From contig OY759729.1 of NCBI GenBank assembly GCA_963662585.1, positions 736,001 through 800,000 on the forward strand: DNA of 64,000 bases, read 5' to 3'. Origin of the DNA: Candidatus Cloacimonadales bacterium. GTDB taxonomy: Bacteria > Cloacimonadota > Cloacimonadia > Cloacimonadales > JAFGVF01. Below the pieces are notes generated by a model, which was given only the letters and a program-made list of their open reading frames with translations, was not told where the DNA came from and did no database searches. The translations under genes were made by a program, and so were the position numbers. Shown one piece after another: positions 10,124 through 19,886 of this stretch (within the stretch, counting starts at the first letter, position 1; the number at the start of each line of letters is the position of its first letter).

Positions 10124-12853
10124 TTATCTAGGATTTTTAACAGCAGCTTGAGCAGCAGCTAATCTAGCGATAGGCACACGGAAAGGTGAGCATGAAACAT
10201 AGTTCATACCAACACCGTGACAGAATTCAACTGAAGTTGGTTCTCCACCATGTTCGCCACAGATTCCTACTTTAAGGTCAGGTCTAGTAGATCTACCTTT
10301 TTCAGTACCCATTTTAACAAGTTGGCCAACACCTACTTGGTCTAACTTTTGGAATGGATCATCTTTCAAGATACCTTTTTCAAGGTAAACAGGTAAGAAT
10401 TTACCAGCATCGTCACGAGAGTAACCGAAAGTCATCTGTGTTAAATCGTTAGTACCGAAAGAGAAGAATTCAGCGTGTTTAGCTATAGCATCAGCAGTTA
10501 AAGCAGCTCTAGGAATTTCAATCATAGTACCAACCATGAAATCTACTCTTGAAGCTTTTTCTGTGAATACAGTTTCAGCAGTTTCTCTAATAATAGTCTC
10601 TTGAAGTTGGAATTCTTCAACAGTACCGATAAGAGGAACCATGATTTCAGGATGTACATCAACACCTTCTTTTTTCACATTAACTGCAGCTTCGATAATT
10701 GCACGAGCTTGCATTGCAGTGATTTCAGGATATGTGTTACCTAGACGACAACCTCTATGACCGAGCATTGGGTTAAACTCAGCAAGTTCTTCAACTTTAG
10801 CTTTAACTTCTTCAACAGAAATTCCCATTTCGTCAGCCATGATTTTTTGGTTTTCTTCCTCATGAGGTACAAATTCGTGAAGAGGTGGATCTAACAATCT
10901 GATAGTAACACCAAATCCGTCCATTGCTCTAAAGATACCTTCGAAATCTTCTCTTTGGAAAGGAAGAATTTTAGCAAGAGCAATTTCTCTTCCTGCTTGA
11001 TCTTCGGAGAGAATCATTTCACGAACTGCTTTGATTCTTTCACCTTCAAAGAACATGTGTTCTGTACGGCAAAGACCAATACCTTGAGCACCAAAGTTAC
11101 GAGCTACAAGAGCATCATTTGGTGTATCAGCATTAGTTCTAACATACATATTAGAATATTTATCTGCAATAGTCATTAACTTGCCAAATGTACCTGATAA
11201 TTCAGGGTCGATAGTTTTGATTTGGCCGTCATAAACTTCACCAGTTGAACCGTTAAGAGAAATGAAATCATTTTCTTTATAAACTTTACCATCAATAGTT
11301 AAAGTTCTTTCACGGTAGTTGATTCTTAAAGCACCAACACCAGAAACACAACATTTACCCATACCACGAGCAACCACAGCAGCGTGAGAAGTCATACCAC
11401 CACGAGCAGTTAAAATACCTTCAGCTGAATCCATACCTGATAAATCTTCAGGAGATGTTTCGATTCTAACTAAGATAATTTTTTCACCAGCAGCATATCT
11501 ATTTACAGCTTCATCAGAGAAGAAACAGATTTTACCTGTTGCAGCACCAGGAGAAGCTGGAAGACCTTTAGCAAGTACTTTTGCTGAAGAAACAGCATCT
11601 TTATCAAATACAGGGTGAAGAAGTTCATCTAATTTGTTAGGTTCAACTCTTAAAATAGCAGTTTTTTCATCAATAAAACCTTCTTCAACCATTTCTACAG
11701 CCATTCTTACCATAGCTGCACCTGTTCTCTTACCATTTCTGGTTTGAAGTAACCATAATTTACCATCTTGGATAGTAAATTCAAGATCTTGCATATCTTT
11801 ATAGTGGTTTTCTAATTTTTCTTGAATATCATTTAATTCTTTATATACAACAGGCATTGTCTCTTCTAATGAAGGGAATTTAGCAGCTCTTTCTTCTTCA
11901 GAAACGCCAGCTAATTTAGCCCATCTGCGTGAACCTTCAAGAGTAATTTCTTGAGGAGTTCTTACACCAGCAACCACATCTTCACCTTGAGCATTGATTA
12001 AATACTCACCATTGAAGATATTTTCACCAGTACCAGCATCACGAGTAAAAGCAACACCAGTAGCTGAATTATCGCCCATGTTACCATAAACCATGGCTTG
12101 AACATTAACTGCAGTTCCCCATTCGCCAGGAATAGAGTTCATTTTTCTATAATAGATAGCTCTATCATTGTTCCAGCTTCCAAATACTGCAAATACTGCA
12201 CCCCATAATTGATCCCATGGATCATTTGGGAAATCATTACCTGTATTTTCTTTAACTGCTACTTTGAATCTAGCAACTAAATCTTTTAAATCTTCAACTG
12301 TTAAATCCAAGTCACTATCAATATTTTTTTCTTCTTTAATTGCTTCAATAATCTCTTCAAATGGATCGATATCTTCTTTTGATTTTGGTTTCATATCCAT
12401 AACAACATCGCCATACATCTGTACGAAACGACGGTAAGAATCCCATGCAAATCTGTCATTACCTGTTCTTTTGGCAATTCCTTCAACTGCATCATCATTT
12501 AATCCTAAGTTTAGAACTGTGTCCATCATACCTGGCATAGAAATTCTAGCACCTGAGCGAACTGAAAGTAAAAGAGGATTTTCATTAGAACCAAATTTAG
12601 TACCAAGAATATTCTCTAAATTTGCTATTGCTTTTTCAATTTCAGCTTTTAATAACTCTTTTGATTTGTCTTGTCCTACTTTATTGTATTCAGTACATAC
12701 ATCAGTAGTGATTGTGAATCCTGGAGGTACAGGAACACCTATCAAGTTCATCTCTGCTAAATTAGCACCTTTTCCTCCGAGAAGGTTTTTCATTGTGCTG
12801 TTACCTTCTGCTTTTCCATCGCCAAATAAATAAACGCGCTTCATGTCGGACAT
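10124..12853 (-). CDS. ppdK: Pyruvate phosphate dikinase
   Basis: LLGGKGANLAEM, GGMTSHAAVVAR phospho-His, GLCRTEHMF, SFGTNDLTQ; start moved to ATG 12853 behind GGAGG RBS. Confidence 0.98.
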   Translation of the reverse strand: MSDMKRVYLFGDGKAEGNSTMKNLLGGKGANLAEMNLIGVPVPPGFTITTDVCTEYNKVGQDKSKELLKAEIEKAIANLENILGTKFGSNENPLLLSVRSGARISMPGMMDTVLNLGLNDDAVEGIAKRTGNDRFAWDSYRRFVQMYGDVVMDMKPKSKEDIDPFEEIIEAIKEEKNIDSDLDLTVEDLKDLVARFKVAVKENTGNDFPNDPWDQLWGAVFAVFGSWNNDRAIYYRKMNSIPGEWGTAVNVQAMVYGNMGDNSATGVAFTRDAGTGENIFNGEYLINAQGEDVVAGVRTPQEITLEGSRRWAKLAGVSEEERAAKFPSLEETMPVVYKELNDIQEKLENHYKDMQDLEFTIQDGKLWLLQTRNGKRTGAAMVRMAVEMVEEGFIDEKTAILRVEPNKLDELLHPVFDKDAVSSAKVLAKGLPASPGAATGKICFFSDEAVNRYAAGEKIILVRIETSPEDLSGMDSAEGILTARGGMTSHAAVVARGMGKCCVSGVGALRINYRERTLTIDGKVYKENDFISLNGSTGEVYDGQIKTIDPELSGTFGKLMTIADKYSNMYVRTNADTPNDALVARNFGAQGIGLCRTEHMFFEGERIKAVREMILSEDQAGREIALAKILPFQREDFEGIFRAMDGFGVTIRLLDPPLHEFVPHEEENQKIMADEMGISVEEVKAKVEELAEFNPMLGHRGCRLGNTYPEITAMQARAIIEAAVNVKKEGVDVHPEIMVPLIGTVEEFQLQETIIRETAETVFTEKASRVDFMVGTMIEIPRAALTADAIAKHAEFFSFGTNDLTQMTFGYSRDDAGKFLPVYLEKGILKDDPFQKLDQVGVGQLVKMGTEKGRSTRPDLKVGICGEHGGEPTSVEFCHGVGMNYVSCSPFRVPIARLAAAQAAVKNPR

Positions 12854-12958
12854 TATTCCTCCCAATTATTTTAGGTTTATATCATTATATATTAATACTT
12901 TATATTTGTATTTTATCACCTAAACATATCTAATAAAACTTGCAAATCTGTCAATAAT

Positions 12959-13387
12959 TTATTTTGGGCCCTTACCAACTTGGAATTTACCTTTAAAATA
13001 TTTTTCCTTTATAGATTGTGAATTTTCTAAAAAGTGATCTATGCCTTGACTTTTAATTAAAGCCAAATTATAAACTTTTAGATTATGTGGGTATTGGTTA
13101 GCTGCCTCAGCACAAGGTAGAAGCTTTTCGCAAGGGAAATCTTCGCATTCGAAGCAATAGCGTAAATCCATTTCTTCTGCACATTTGTAAGTCTCACACT
13201 TTTCTGCCATTATTGAACATTTCCCATTATTAGCATTACAACCAGAGCAAGGTAAGAACTCTTGGGGAATTCCTTTTGAAACTAAAAAATCAAATAAGTC
13301 TTGATTATCGCGACACAAATATAACTCACAAATACTACAGTCCAATCCACATTTTGCCACTAATCCTTCTCTTTGATTTGAATTCAT
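12959..13387 (-). CDS. DUF3795-like Cys-rich (metal-binding) protein
   Basis: CGLDCSIC...CSGC...C...CFECEDFPC pattern. Confidence 0.7.
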   Translation of the reverse strand: MNSNQREGLVAKCGLDCSICELYLCRDNQDLFDFLVSKGIPQEFLPCSGCNANNGKCSIMAEKCETYKCAEEMDLRYCFECEDFPCEKLLPCAEAANQYPHNLKVYNLALIKSQGIDHFLENSQSIKEKYFKGKFQVGKGPK

Positions 13388-13625
13388 TCTTCTCTCCCAA
13401 AAATTATGAAATTATTCTAACGAATAAGAGCAACTAATACCTTTGGTATTAATTAACTGTCTTACACCGAATTATATTTAATTATTGAATATTCTTTTTG
13501 TCAAGTTAATTCTTTTTAACAGAAAATATTCTATTGTGAAAAGCTTTTCTTGAATTTGCTACTTTTCCCTTTTCGGTACTTCTCTACAAATAAGTACATT
13601 CTTTTTTAAAAATTAGTTTTTTTTC

Positions 13626-13653
13626 TTGACACATAACCAAGCTTGCGTATTAT
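13626..13653 (+). promoter_or_regulatory. Candidate sigma70 promoter
   Basis: TTGACA at 13626, TATTAT at 13648 (16-nt spacer), upstream of the small ORF at 13699. Confidence 0.4.
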
Positions 13654-13698
13654 TATACCATAAGTATAGTTGATGATATGTTAAGTAAAGGAGATTGC

Positions 13699-13839
13699 AT
13701 GTATTTATCGATAATTAGACTAAAAGAGAAGTTCTTTTTTGCCATGACAGAACTTTTTATTTCAAAAAAGAAGAATAGCGAAATCTACTATGATAAAGAT
13801 TTACAGAGATATCGAGAAGAAAAACATATATGGTATTAA
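13699..13839 (+). CDS. Unannotated 46-aa small protein
   Basis: AAAGGAGA RBS then ATG; MYLSIIRLKEKFFFAMTELFISKKKNSEIYYDKDLQRYREEKHIWY; below ORF-track cutoff. Confidence 0.5.
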   Translation: MYLSIIRLKEKFFFAMTELFISKKKNSEIYYDKDLQRYREEKHIWY

Positions 13840-13897
13840 TTATTAAAAAATCTTGATAATATCATCAACTAACTTTAAAAATAAGCTGGGGGTAATA

Positions 13898-14602
13898 ATG
13901 GAAGTCTCTGAATTAAAACTAAGTAATGTAATTGATATAGCAACTGGGCTTGGGCAATTTATTAACTATTTGCTTGCAGAAAACGCTAGTATTGAATCAA
14001 TAATCGGCATAGATACTTGTGAAAACAGCATTGCTCAGGCAGTGAAAAACTTCAATGATCCAAGAGTATCTTTTGCTGTTGCTGATGCTAGCAAGCTAAA
14101 TTTTGAACCTAATAGTTTCTCTGCAGTTACCATTAATAATTCTCTCCACCATTTTGAAGATATTAAAAATGTTTTAGATGAGGCGAGAAGGATTCTCTCT
14201 CCTAGAGGCTATCTCATAGTTAATGAGATGTGTAGTGATAATAACCAATCTCCTGCTCAGCTATCCCATATTATGATTCATCATTGGTTTGCTAAGTTAG
14301 ATAAATATATGAATAGATTCCATGATTTAACTTTTAACACACATAAAATAAGCAAATTGATTTCTGATAATGGATTTAGAATAATTCATCAAAAGATTTA
14401 TGATTCTGAGCTAGCTGACCCTAAAAATGAGAAACTAATTGAGAACTATACCAATACAATCCTAACTACCAAAAAAAGATTAGAAAATAATAATAATATC
14501 CCCAAGTCATTACTTGATGAGGCTGAGAGTATAGTAGAGCATCTTCAACTGCATGGATTTTCTCCTGCCCGAAGTGTTTTAATAATTGCTGAAAAGAACT
14601 AA
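13898..14602 (+). CDS. Class I SAM-dependent methyltransferase
   Basis: IDIATGLG motif I, ADASKL, NSLHHF; start moved to ATG 13898 after GGGGG. Confidence 0.85.
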   Translation: MEVSELKLSNVIDIATGLGQFINYLLAENASIESIIGIDTCENSIAQAVKNFNDPRVSFAVADASKLNFEPNSFSAVTINNSLHHFEDIKNVLDEARRILSPRGYLIVNEMCSDNNQSPAQLSHIMIHHWFAKLDKYMNRFHDLTFNTHKISKLISDNGFRIIHQKIYDSELADPKNEKLIENYTNTILTTKKRLENNNNIPKSLLDEAESIVEHLQLHGFSPARSVLIIAEKN

Positions 14603-14611
14603 GAGGTATAA

Positions 14612-15856
14612 ATGAAGATAGAAATTAAGAAAGTAACAGAAGTCGATAATAAGAGAACTTATCAGATTTTTGGAAATTCTTATCCTGATATGAGCTCTCC
14701 TCAAGAGAGAATAAATGCTTGGTTTGATGAGATAACTAAAGAATCTACTTCTCGTAACTTGTGGGGAGCTTTTATAGATAAGCAAGAAGTTGGAGCTTTT
14801 ATCACTTACGATTTTCAGCTTAACTTTCGAGGACAAGTCATTCCTGCCGGTGGCATTGGAGCTGTAGCTGTGGATTTACTACATAAAAAAGAGAAAGTCT
14901 GTAAGCAAATGATAGAGTTTTACGAAAACTATTATAGAGAAAGAGGCATTAATCTTTTGGTTCTATATCCCTTTAGGCCTGACTTTTACAAGAATATGGG
15001 CTTTGGCTTAGGATCAACTTTGCATACTTATTCTATAGATCCACATCAATTCCCTAAATATTCCAAGACAAATAACTTATTCTATGCAAGAATTGAGGAT
15101 TTAGCAGAAATTACCCATTTCTATAATCAAGAGGCTAGGATAGTGCATGGGGCAATGCTTAGGGAAGAGAGAGAATTTAAAGGCTACTTGCAAAATCCCA
15201 AAATGAGATGCATTATTCATCGCCTTAATGGTATTATTGACGGATATTTATTCTTTAGTTTTACTGAAAGACTTCCTCATGATCAGGGAAGTTATGATCT
15301 CAAAATTAAGGAAATGCAATATGAGAATCATAAGGTTTGGAAACAATTTTCTACTTTTCTCAATTCTCAATCTGACCAAGTAAAAAGAGTTCAATATACT
15401 TGCTTTGATTCAGATTTTTATCACTACTTTGACAATCCAACTAATGAATCTAAGCTCCATTATCACCAAATCTATCAGAATGTTAGCCTAGAAAAGACAG
15501 GATTGATGTATAAGATTACTAACCCACTCAAATTCTTTAATTCATTAGAAGCAAATCTATTTGAAAAAAGCGATTTAGTTATCAGATTTGAACTTGAAAA
15601 TGAATTATTTCCAAAAAATAAAAAATATATATTGACTTATAATTTTGCTTTAAATAAAGTTGTAAAAATAGAAGCAAATCCAGATCTTACTATTAAAATG
15701 ACCTTAGCAAGATTCTCTTCCATTCTTATGGGAGCTCTTTCTTTTAGTTCTGCAGTAAAACATGGATTAGTTGAAATCGATAACGAACAACAAATTGATT
15801 GTGTTGATAAGTTATTAAGAACAAAGAATATGCCTGTTGGCTATAACGAGTTCTAA
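14612..15856 (+). CDS. Eis-like GNAT acetyltransferase with C-terminal SCP2-like domain
   Basis: GGIGAVAVD, LYPFRPDFYKNMGFG, 414-aa Eis architecture. Confidence 0.85.
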   Translation: MKIEIKKVTEVDNKRTYQIFGNSYPDMSSPQERINAWFDEITKESTSRNLWGAFIDKQEVGAFITYDFQLNFRGQVIPAGGIGAVAVDLLHKKEKVCKQMIEFYENYYRERGINLLVLYPFRPDFYKNMGFGLGSTLHTYSIDPHQFPKYSKTNNLFYARIEDLAEITHFYNQEARIVHGAMLREEREFKGYLQNPKMRCIIHRLNGIIDGYLFFSFTERLPHDQGSYDLKIKEMQYENHKVWKQFSTFLNSQSDQVKRVQYTCFDSDFYHYFDNPTNESKLHYHQIYQNVSLEKTGLMYKITNPLKFFNSLEANLFEKSDLVIRFELENELFPKNKKYILTYNFALNKVVKIEANPDLTIKMTLARFSSILMGALSFSSAVKHGLVEIDNEQQIDCVDKLLRTKNMPVGYNEF

Positions 15857-15895
15857 ATACTTATCCTCCTCTCATATATCTAAATCACATCCGAG

Positions 15896-15922
15896 AAAGC
15901 CGAAGCAATTCGGCTTTTCTTT
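15896..15922 (+). terminator. Intrinsic terminator
   Basis: AAAGCCGAA-GCAA-TTCGGCTTT followed by TCTTT. Confidence 0.75.
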
Positions 15923-15952
15923 GATTCTTATCACTAAATTGAGGTAAATATA

Positions 15953-16861
15953 ATGACTATGCAAGAAGTTTTAGACGAGTATCTAAAATATCTACAAGCC
16001 TTAGGAAAAAGTACTAATACTATTGAAGCATACAGAAGTGACCTTGACCAGTTTCTTGTTTTTGTGATAGAGAATTATGATAACACCCTCTCATTACAAG
16101 ATATAGACAGACATATAATCCGTGATTTCATGGCTTATCTCTCCGAAAGTTTAGATAATGGCAATAGATCAATATCCAGAAAATTAACTGCTATTAAAGG
16201 ATTTTTCAAATATTGCTTATATCACAAGTATATACTCCAAAACCCAACCCTTACCATGAAAAACCCTAAATATGAGAAAAAAATACCTCAATTCTTCTCT
16301 GAACAAGATATGGAGCTTCTACTTTCACTTCCTGACTTATCTTCCAAATATGGAGTTAGAAATCTTGCCATTCTAGAGTTATTCTATTCGTCAGGACTAA
16401 GAATTTCAGAGTTAATTATTCTCACCTTAGAGAGTATAGATTTTCAAAGAAAGATTATCAAAGTGCATGGAAAAGGAGATAAAACTCGCTTAGTCCCTGT
16501 AGGAAATAAAGCTATTGAAGCGATTCAAAACTACCTTCATCTTCGAGAATCCTTTGCTTCAAAATACAGCGATAATATTCTTTTCCTTTCTAAAACAGGG
16601 AAAGCTCTCGATAGACTAGAATTATCCACAATCCTTAGTCAGTATATAAAACTGGTTGGACAGCAGAAGGGTTATTCTCCTCATACTCTTCGACATACTT
16701 TTGCTACTCACATGCTTAGTAATGGAGCTGATTTAAGAGCTATTCAAGAGATGTTGGGCCATGCAAACCTTTCTACTACCGAGATTTACACCCATGTTAC
16801 TATGAAAGATTTGACTAAGACAGTGAATGATTTGCACCCCAGAAGTAAGAAAAAGAATTGA
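15953..16861 (+). CDS. xerC: Tyrosine recombinase, XerC/XerD type
   Basis: SGLRISEL, GKGDKTR, SPHTLRHTFATHML..GADLRAIQEMLGHANLSTTEIYTH; xerC versus xerD uncertain. Confidence 0.85.
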   Translation: MTMQEVLDEYLKYLQALGKSTNTIEAYRSDLDQFLVFVIENYDNTLSLQDIDRHIIRDFMAYLSESLDNGNRSISRKLTAIKGFFKYCLYHKYILQNPTLTMKNPKYEKKIPQFFSEQDMELLLSLPDLSSKYGVRNLAILELFYSSGLRISELIILTLESIDFQRKIIKVHGKGDKTRLVPVGNKAIEAIQNYLHLRESFASKYSDNILFLSKTGKALDRLELSTILSQYIKLVGQQKGYSPHTLRHTFATHMLSNGADLRAIQEMLGHANLSTTEIYTHVTMKDLTKTVNDLHPRSKKKN

Positions 16862-16887
16862 GAATTGAGAATTGAGAATTGAGAATT
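16854..16887 (+). repeat. Heptamer tandem repeat (AGAATTG)x4 plus partial, spanning the xerC stop codon
   Basis: Read directly from sequence. Confidence 0.9.
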
Positions 16888-17135
16888 TGAAGAAAGAGGA
16901 ATATATCCAGGAGTTTTCGCATAAAGGCTACGCCTTCCCAGGCTAATTTCACGAATTAAGAAAATATCACCAAGGGATTAAATAGATTAGCCCAGGGTCT
17001 CATTCAAAGAAGTTTTGAAAAAACGAAGTTGAATTGACCCTGGGTAAAGAGTACCTACAAAAATTACCCTGTAAGGGTTTAATAAGGAATATAACTATTG
17101 CAAAAAATCAGTCAAATTATAGGACTGGACATTCA

Positions 17136-18112
17136 CACGATTTATCGCGAATGTAGGGTCGTATTGCCATACGCCTTCTTGAAAAGTCCCTTAACACAGA
17201 GTAAAGATGAGTTTTAAGGAGATTCTCTCCGCTGTGAATTGGTAAATAACAGGTGAATAGTGTCTAAACTGCTCATAAATCTAAAAATACCATTGTCTAA
17301 TTTGGAAGCAGAGACGCTTCCACTTCATAGAAGAAAACACCCCCTGTGTCCCCCTCACAGAGGGGGATTTAAAAACACCCCGTCTGCTTCGCAGCCACCC
17401 CTCTTTTATCGTGCCTTCAGCACTAAAGAGGGGAGTTTGACATTCACGGACTAAAGGTCCGTAACCCCAGTTCTTAAATCCCAAAGGGATGCCATATAAT
17501 AGGGAGTGTTTGCAAGACACTCCTAAAGTCACGACAAAAAGAAAGCCCTGCAGGGGCGACATACACTAAAAAAGTTAAAAAATATATCCACTAATTTCAC
17601 GATTTATCGCGAATGTAGGGGCGTATTGCCATACGCCTTCTTGAAAAGTCCCTTAACACAGAGTAAAGATGAGTTTTAAGGAGATTCTCTCCGCTGTGAA
17701 TTGGTAAATAACAGGTGAATAGTGTCTAAACTGCTCATAAATCTAAAAATACCATTGTCTAATGTGGAAGCAGAGACGCTTCCACTTCATAGAAGAAAAC
17801 ACCCCCTGTGTCCCCCTCACAGAGGGGGATTTAAAAACACCCCGTCTGCTTCGCAGCCACCCCTCTTTTATCGTGCCTTCAGCACTAAAGAGGGGATTTT
17901 AAGATTCACGGACTAAAGGTCCGTAACCCCAGTTCTTAAATCCCAAAGGGATGCCATATAATAGGGAGTGTTCGCAAGACACTCCTAAAGTCACGGCAAA
18001 AAGAAAGCCCTGCAGGGGCGACATACACTAAAAAAGTTAAAAAATATATCCACTAATTTCACGATTTATCGCGAATGTAGGGGCGTATTGCCATACGCCT
18101 TCTTGAAAAGTC
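17136..18112. repeat. 462-bp tandem duplication (2 copies plus about 50 bp of a third) built from REP-like palindromic modules
   Basis: CACGATTTATCGCGAATGTAGGG at 17136, 17598, 18060; copies differ by a few substitutions. Confidence 0.92.
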
Positions 18113-18352
18113 TTCGTCCGAAGTCCCTTGCCTACGGCTGAGGAACTCCGGTCTTCAAGGTGGCCACCATCAGTCATTAAAGATTACAGTCTTTCATTTT
18201 TTTTAACTCTTATCCCCGTGGCCATTGAAGCTCTCTTACTTCTCCCTTGTTGCCAACTCTAAAATTTACCAAATAATAATAGTGATGAATAAGAAGAAGG
18301 CAGAACAGTCCCTATAGCATGAAGCTATTTATCCTTAGAAAAAGACTTTAAA

Positions 18353-18658
18353 TTAGTTAATCTTTTCGATTACGGACTGCACTTTCCCTTTAATTCTGTC
18401 TTGTTTTGAAGCTCTAAAATCTATTTTAATAGTAATTCCTAATCTTTCATAATCAGGAGCAAATTTCAAGAAAATCTCTCTAATCAAGTCCATCACATCA
18501 TCATATTTACCTTCAAGAACTGAGCCCATGGGAGTTAGAAGATGCTCCACTTTGGTATTTTGATTAATGACATCAATAACTTTAGCCACAAAAGGAGAAA
18601 GACTTGGCCCGATATCATAGGTTACTACAACTAATTCGCAGATAATATTTGTATTCAT
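18353..18658 (-). CDS. MTH1187/YkoF thiamine-binding family protein
   Basis: SLSPFVAKVI, LTPMGSVLEG, IKIDFR, KVQSV; start moved to ATG 18658 after AAGGA. Confidence 0.85.
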   Translation of the reverse strand: MNTNIICELVVVTYDIGPSLSPFVAKVIDVINQNTKVEHLLTPMGSVLEGKYDDVMDLIREIFLKFAPDYERLGITIKIDFRASKQDRIKGKVQSVIEKIN

Positions 18659-18680
18659 AATTGTTTCCTTTGATAAATAG

Positions 18681-18719
18681 AAAAATCCTTCACAAGGATA
18701 AATCAATGTGAAGGATTTT
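18681..18719 (-). terminator. Hairpin/terminator after the oxidoreductase pair
   Basis: AAAATCCTTCACA...TGTGAAGGATTTT inverted repeat with T tract on the minus strand. Confidence 0.6.
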
Positions 18720-18729
18720 AGGTTAAAGT

Positions 18730-19884
18730 TTACTTAAAAGCTTCCATACCAGAAAATTCACGGTATAGATCAAAGCTTTCTAATTGCTTTTCATCATCAG
18801 GAGTAACTTCATTTAAAACTATTTTTGTGAGTAATTCACCTAGTCCAGGTCCTAACATAAAACCTTGTCCGCACATTCCCACAGCATTAATGAAGTTAGG
18901 TATCTCTTTGGTTCTTCCGACGATTGGGAAACCGTCAGGAGTCATTGGATACTGTCCTCTCCATGTTCTTCTAAGTTTAAGATATTTTAAGCGAGGATAG
19001 ATATCTAACATTCTCTTAGTCACTAAAGGTAAGAATTCAGAGGTGGAGAGATTATCTACACCAACGATTGGAGGATCTGGTGTTATACAGAAGACTACTT
19101 GTCCTTCATGATTTTGGTAGAAGTAGTAATTAGCTGAACCAGGAGCTTTACGCATATCAATTACCATTGGTTCAAAGAATCTTTGTACAGGTTCTGTGAT
19201 ACCAGCTTCATGATTATCAGGGAAGACAGGAAGATCAAGTCCAAGTTTCTTACCTATTTGGCGAGCATTGTTTCCTGAAGCATTAATCACTTCTGAGCAA
19301 GAGTACTTATCTTTATTGGTAATTACTGCTACGATACGATCATTCTCTACTACAAATTCATTAACTGCTTCATTAAAATGAAATTCTGCACCTAGTTCCT
19401 TAGCACGAGCATGAAAGGCGGACATTGCTAGAAGAGGTGAACAAGAACCATCTTCAGGAGAGAAAGTAGAACCTCTTAAGCCTTCCATTTTGATACCAGG
19501 AACAAGCTTATTATATTCTTCAGCTGGGATCCACATAATGTTCAAACCCATGCCTTGCAAAGATCTTACCATTGCTTGAAGAGTCTCTGAATCTTTATCA
19601 TTCCAGGCAGGATAAGAATATCCATTTGATCTCCAGCCAATATCATAGTTATGAGTCTCTTTCCAAGTGGAGAAGATTTCTATACTTCTTTGACATACAG
19701 ATAATTTTCCATAATCTGAATGGGTAGCTCTAACGCCACCAATAGCTTTTTTATTATTACCTTGTCCAGGACCTGATAATTCATCTAGAACAAGAACTTT
19801 TTTACCTTTTTCACTTAAAGAAACAGCAGTAGGAACTCCGATTGAACCAGCTCCAATAATTATTACATCGTAGTTATTAGTCAT
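18730..19884 (-). CDS. FAD-dependent amine oxidoreductase, sarcosine oxidase beta / dye-linked proline dehydrogenase beta-like (DAO family)
   Basis: IIGAGSIG, TPDGFPIVG, GMCGQGFMLGPG. Confidence 0.85.
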   Translation of the reverse strand: MTNNYDVIIIGAGSIGVPTAVSLSEKGKKVLVLDELSGPGQGNNKKAIGGVRATHSDYGKLSVCQRSIEIFSTWKETHNYDIGWRSNGYSYPAWNDKDSETLQAMVRSLQGMGLNIMWIPAEEYNKLVPGIKMEGLRGSTFSPEDGSCSPLLAMSAFHARAKELGAEFHFNEAVNEFVVENDRIVAVITNKDKYSCSEVINASGNNARQIGKKLGLDLPVFPDNHEAGITEPVQRFFEPMVIDMRKAPGSANYYFYQNHEGQVVFCITPDPPIVGVDNLSTSEFLPLVTKRMLDIYPRLKYLKLRRTWRGQYPMTPDGFPIVGRTKEIPNFINAVGMCGQGFMLGPGLGELLTKIVLNEVTPDDEKQLESFDLYREFSGMEAFK

Positions 19885-19886
19885 AA

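Noticed and set aside
17260..17916. Short ORFs at 17260, 17281 and 17722 (likewise 9828, 24562, 24734, 51363 and the 51762-51950 extension)
   Set aside because: They are translations of GC-rich palindromic repeats, with no RBS or protein-like features.
15953..18158. Possible integron (tyrosine recombinase plus repeat array)
   Set aside because: The recombinase is XerC/D-sized with no evident IntI-specific insertion; the repeats enclose no cassette ORFs and lack attC-type ends.
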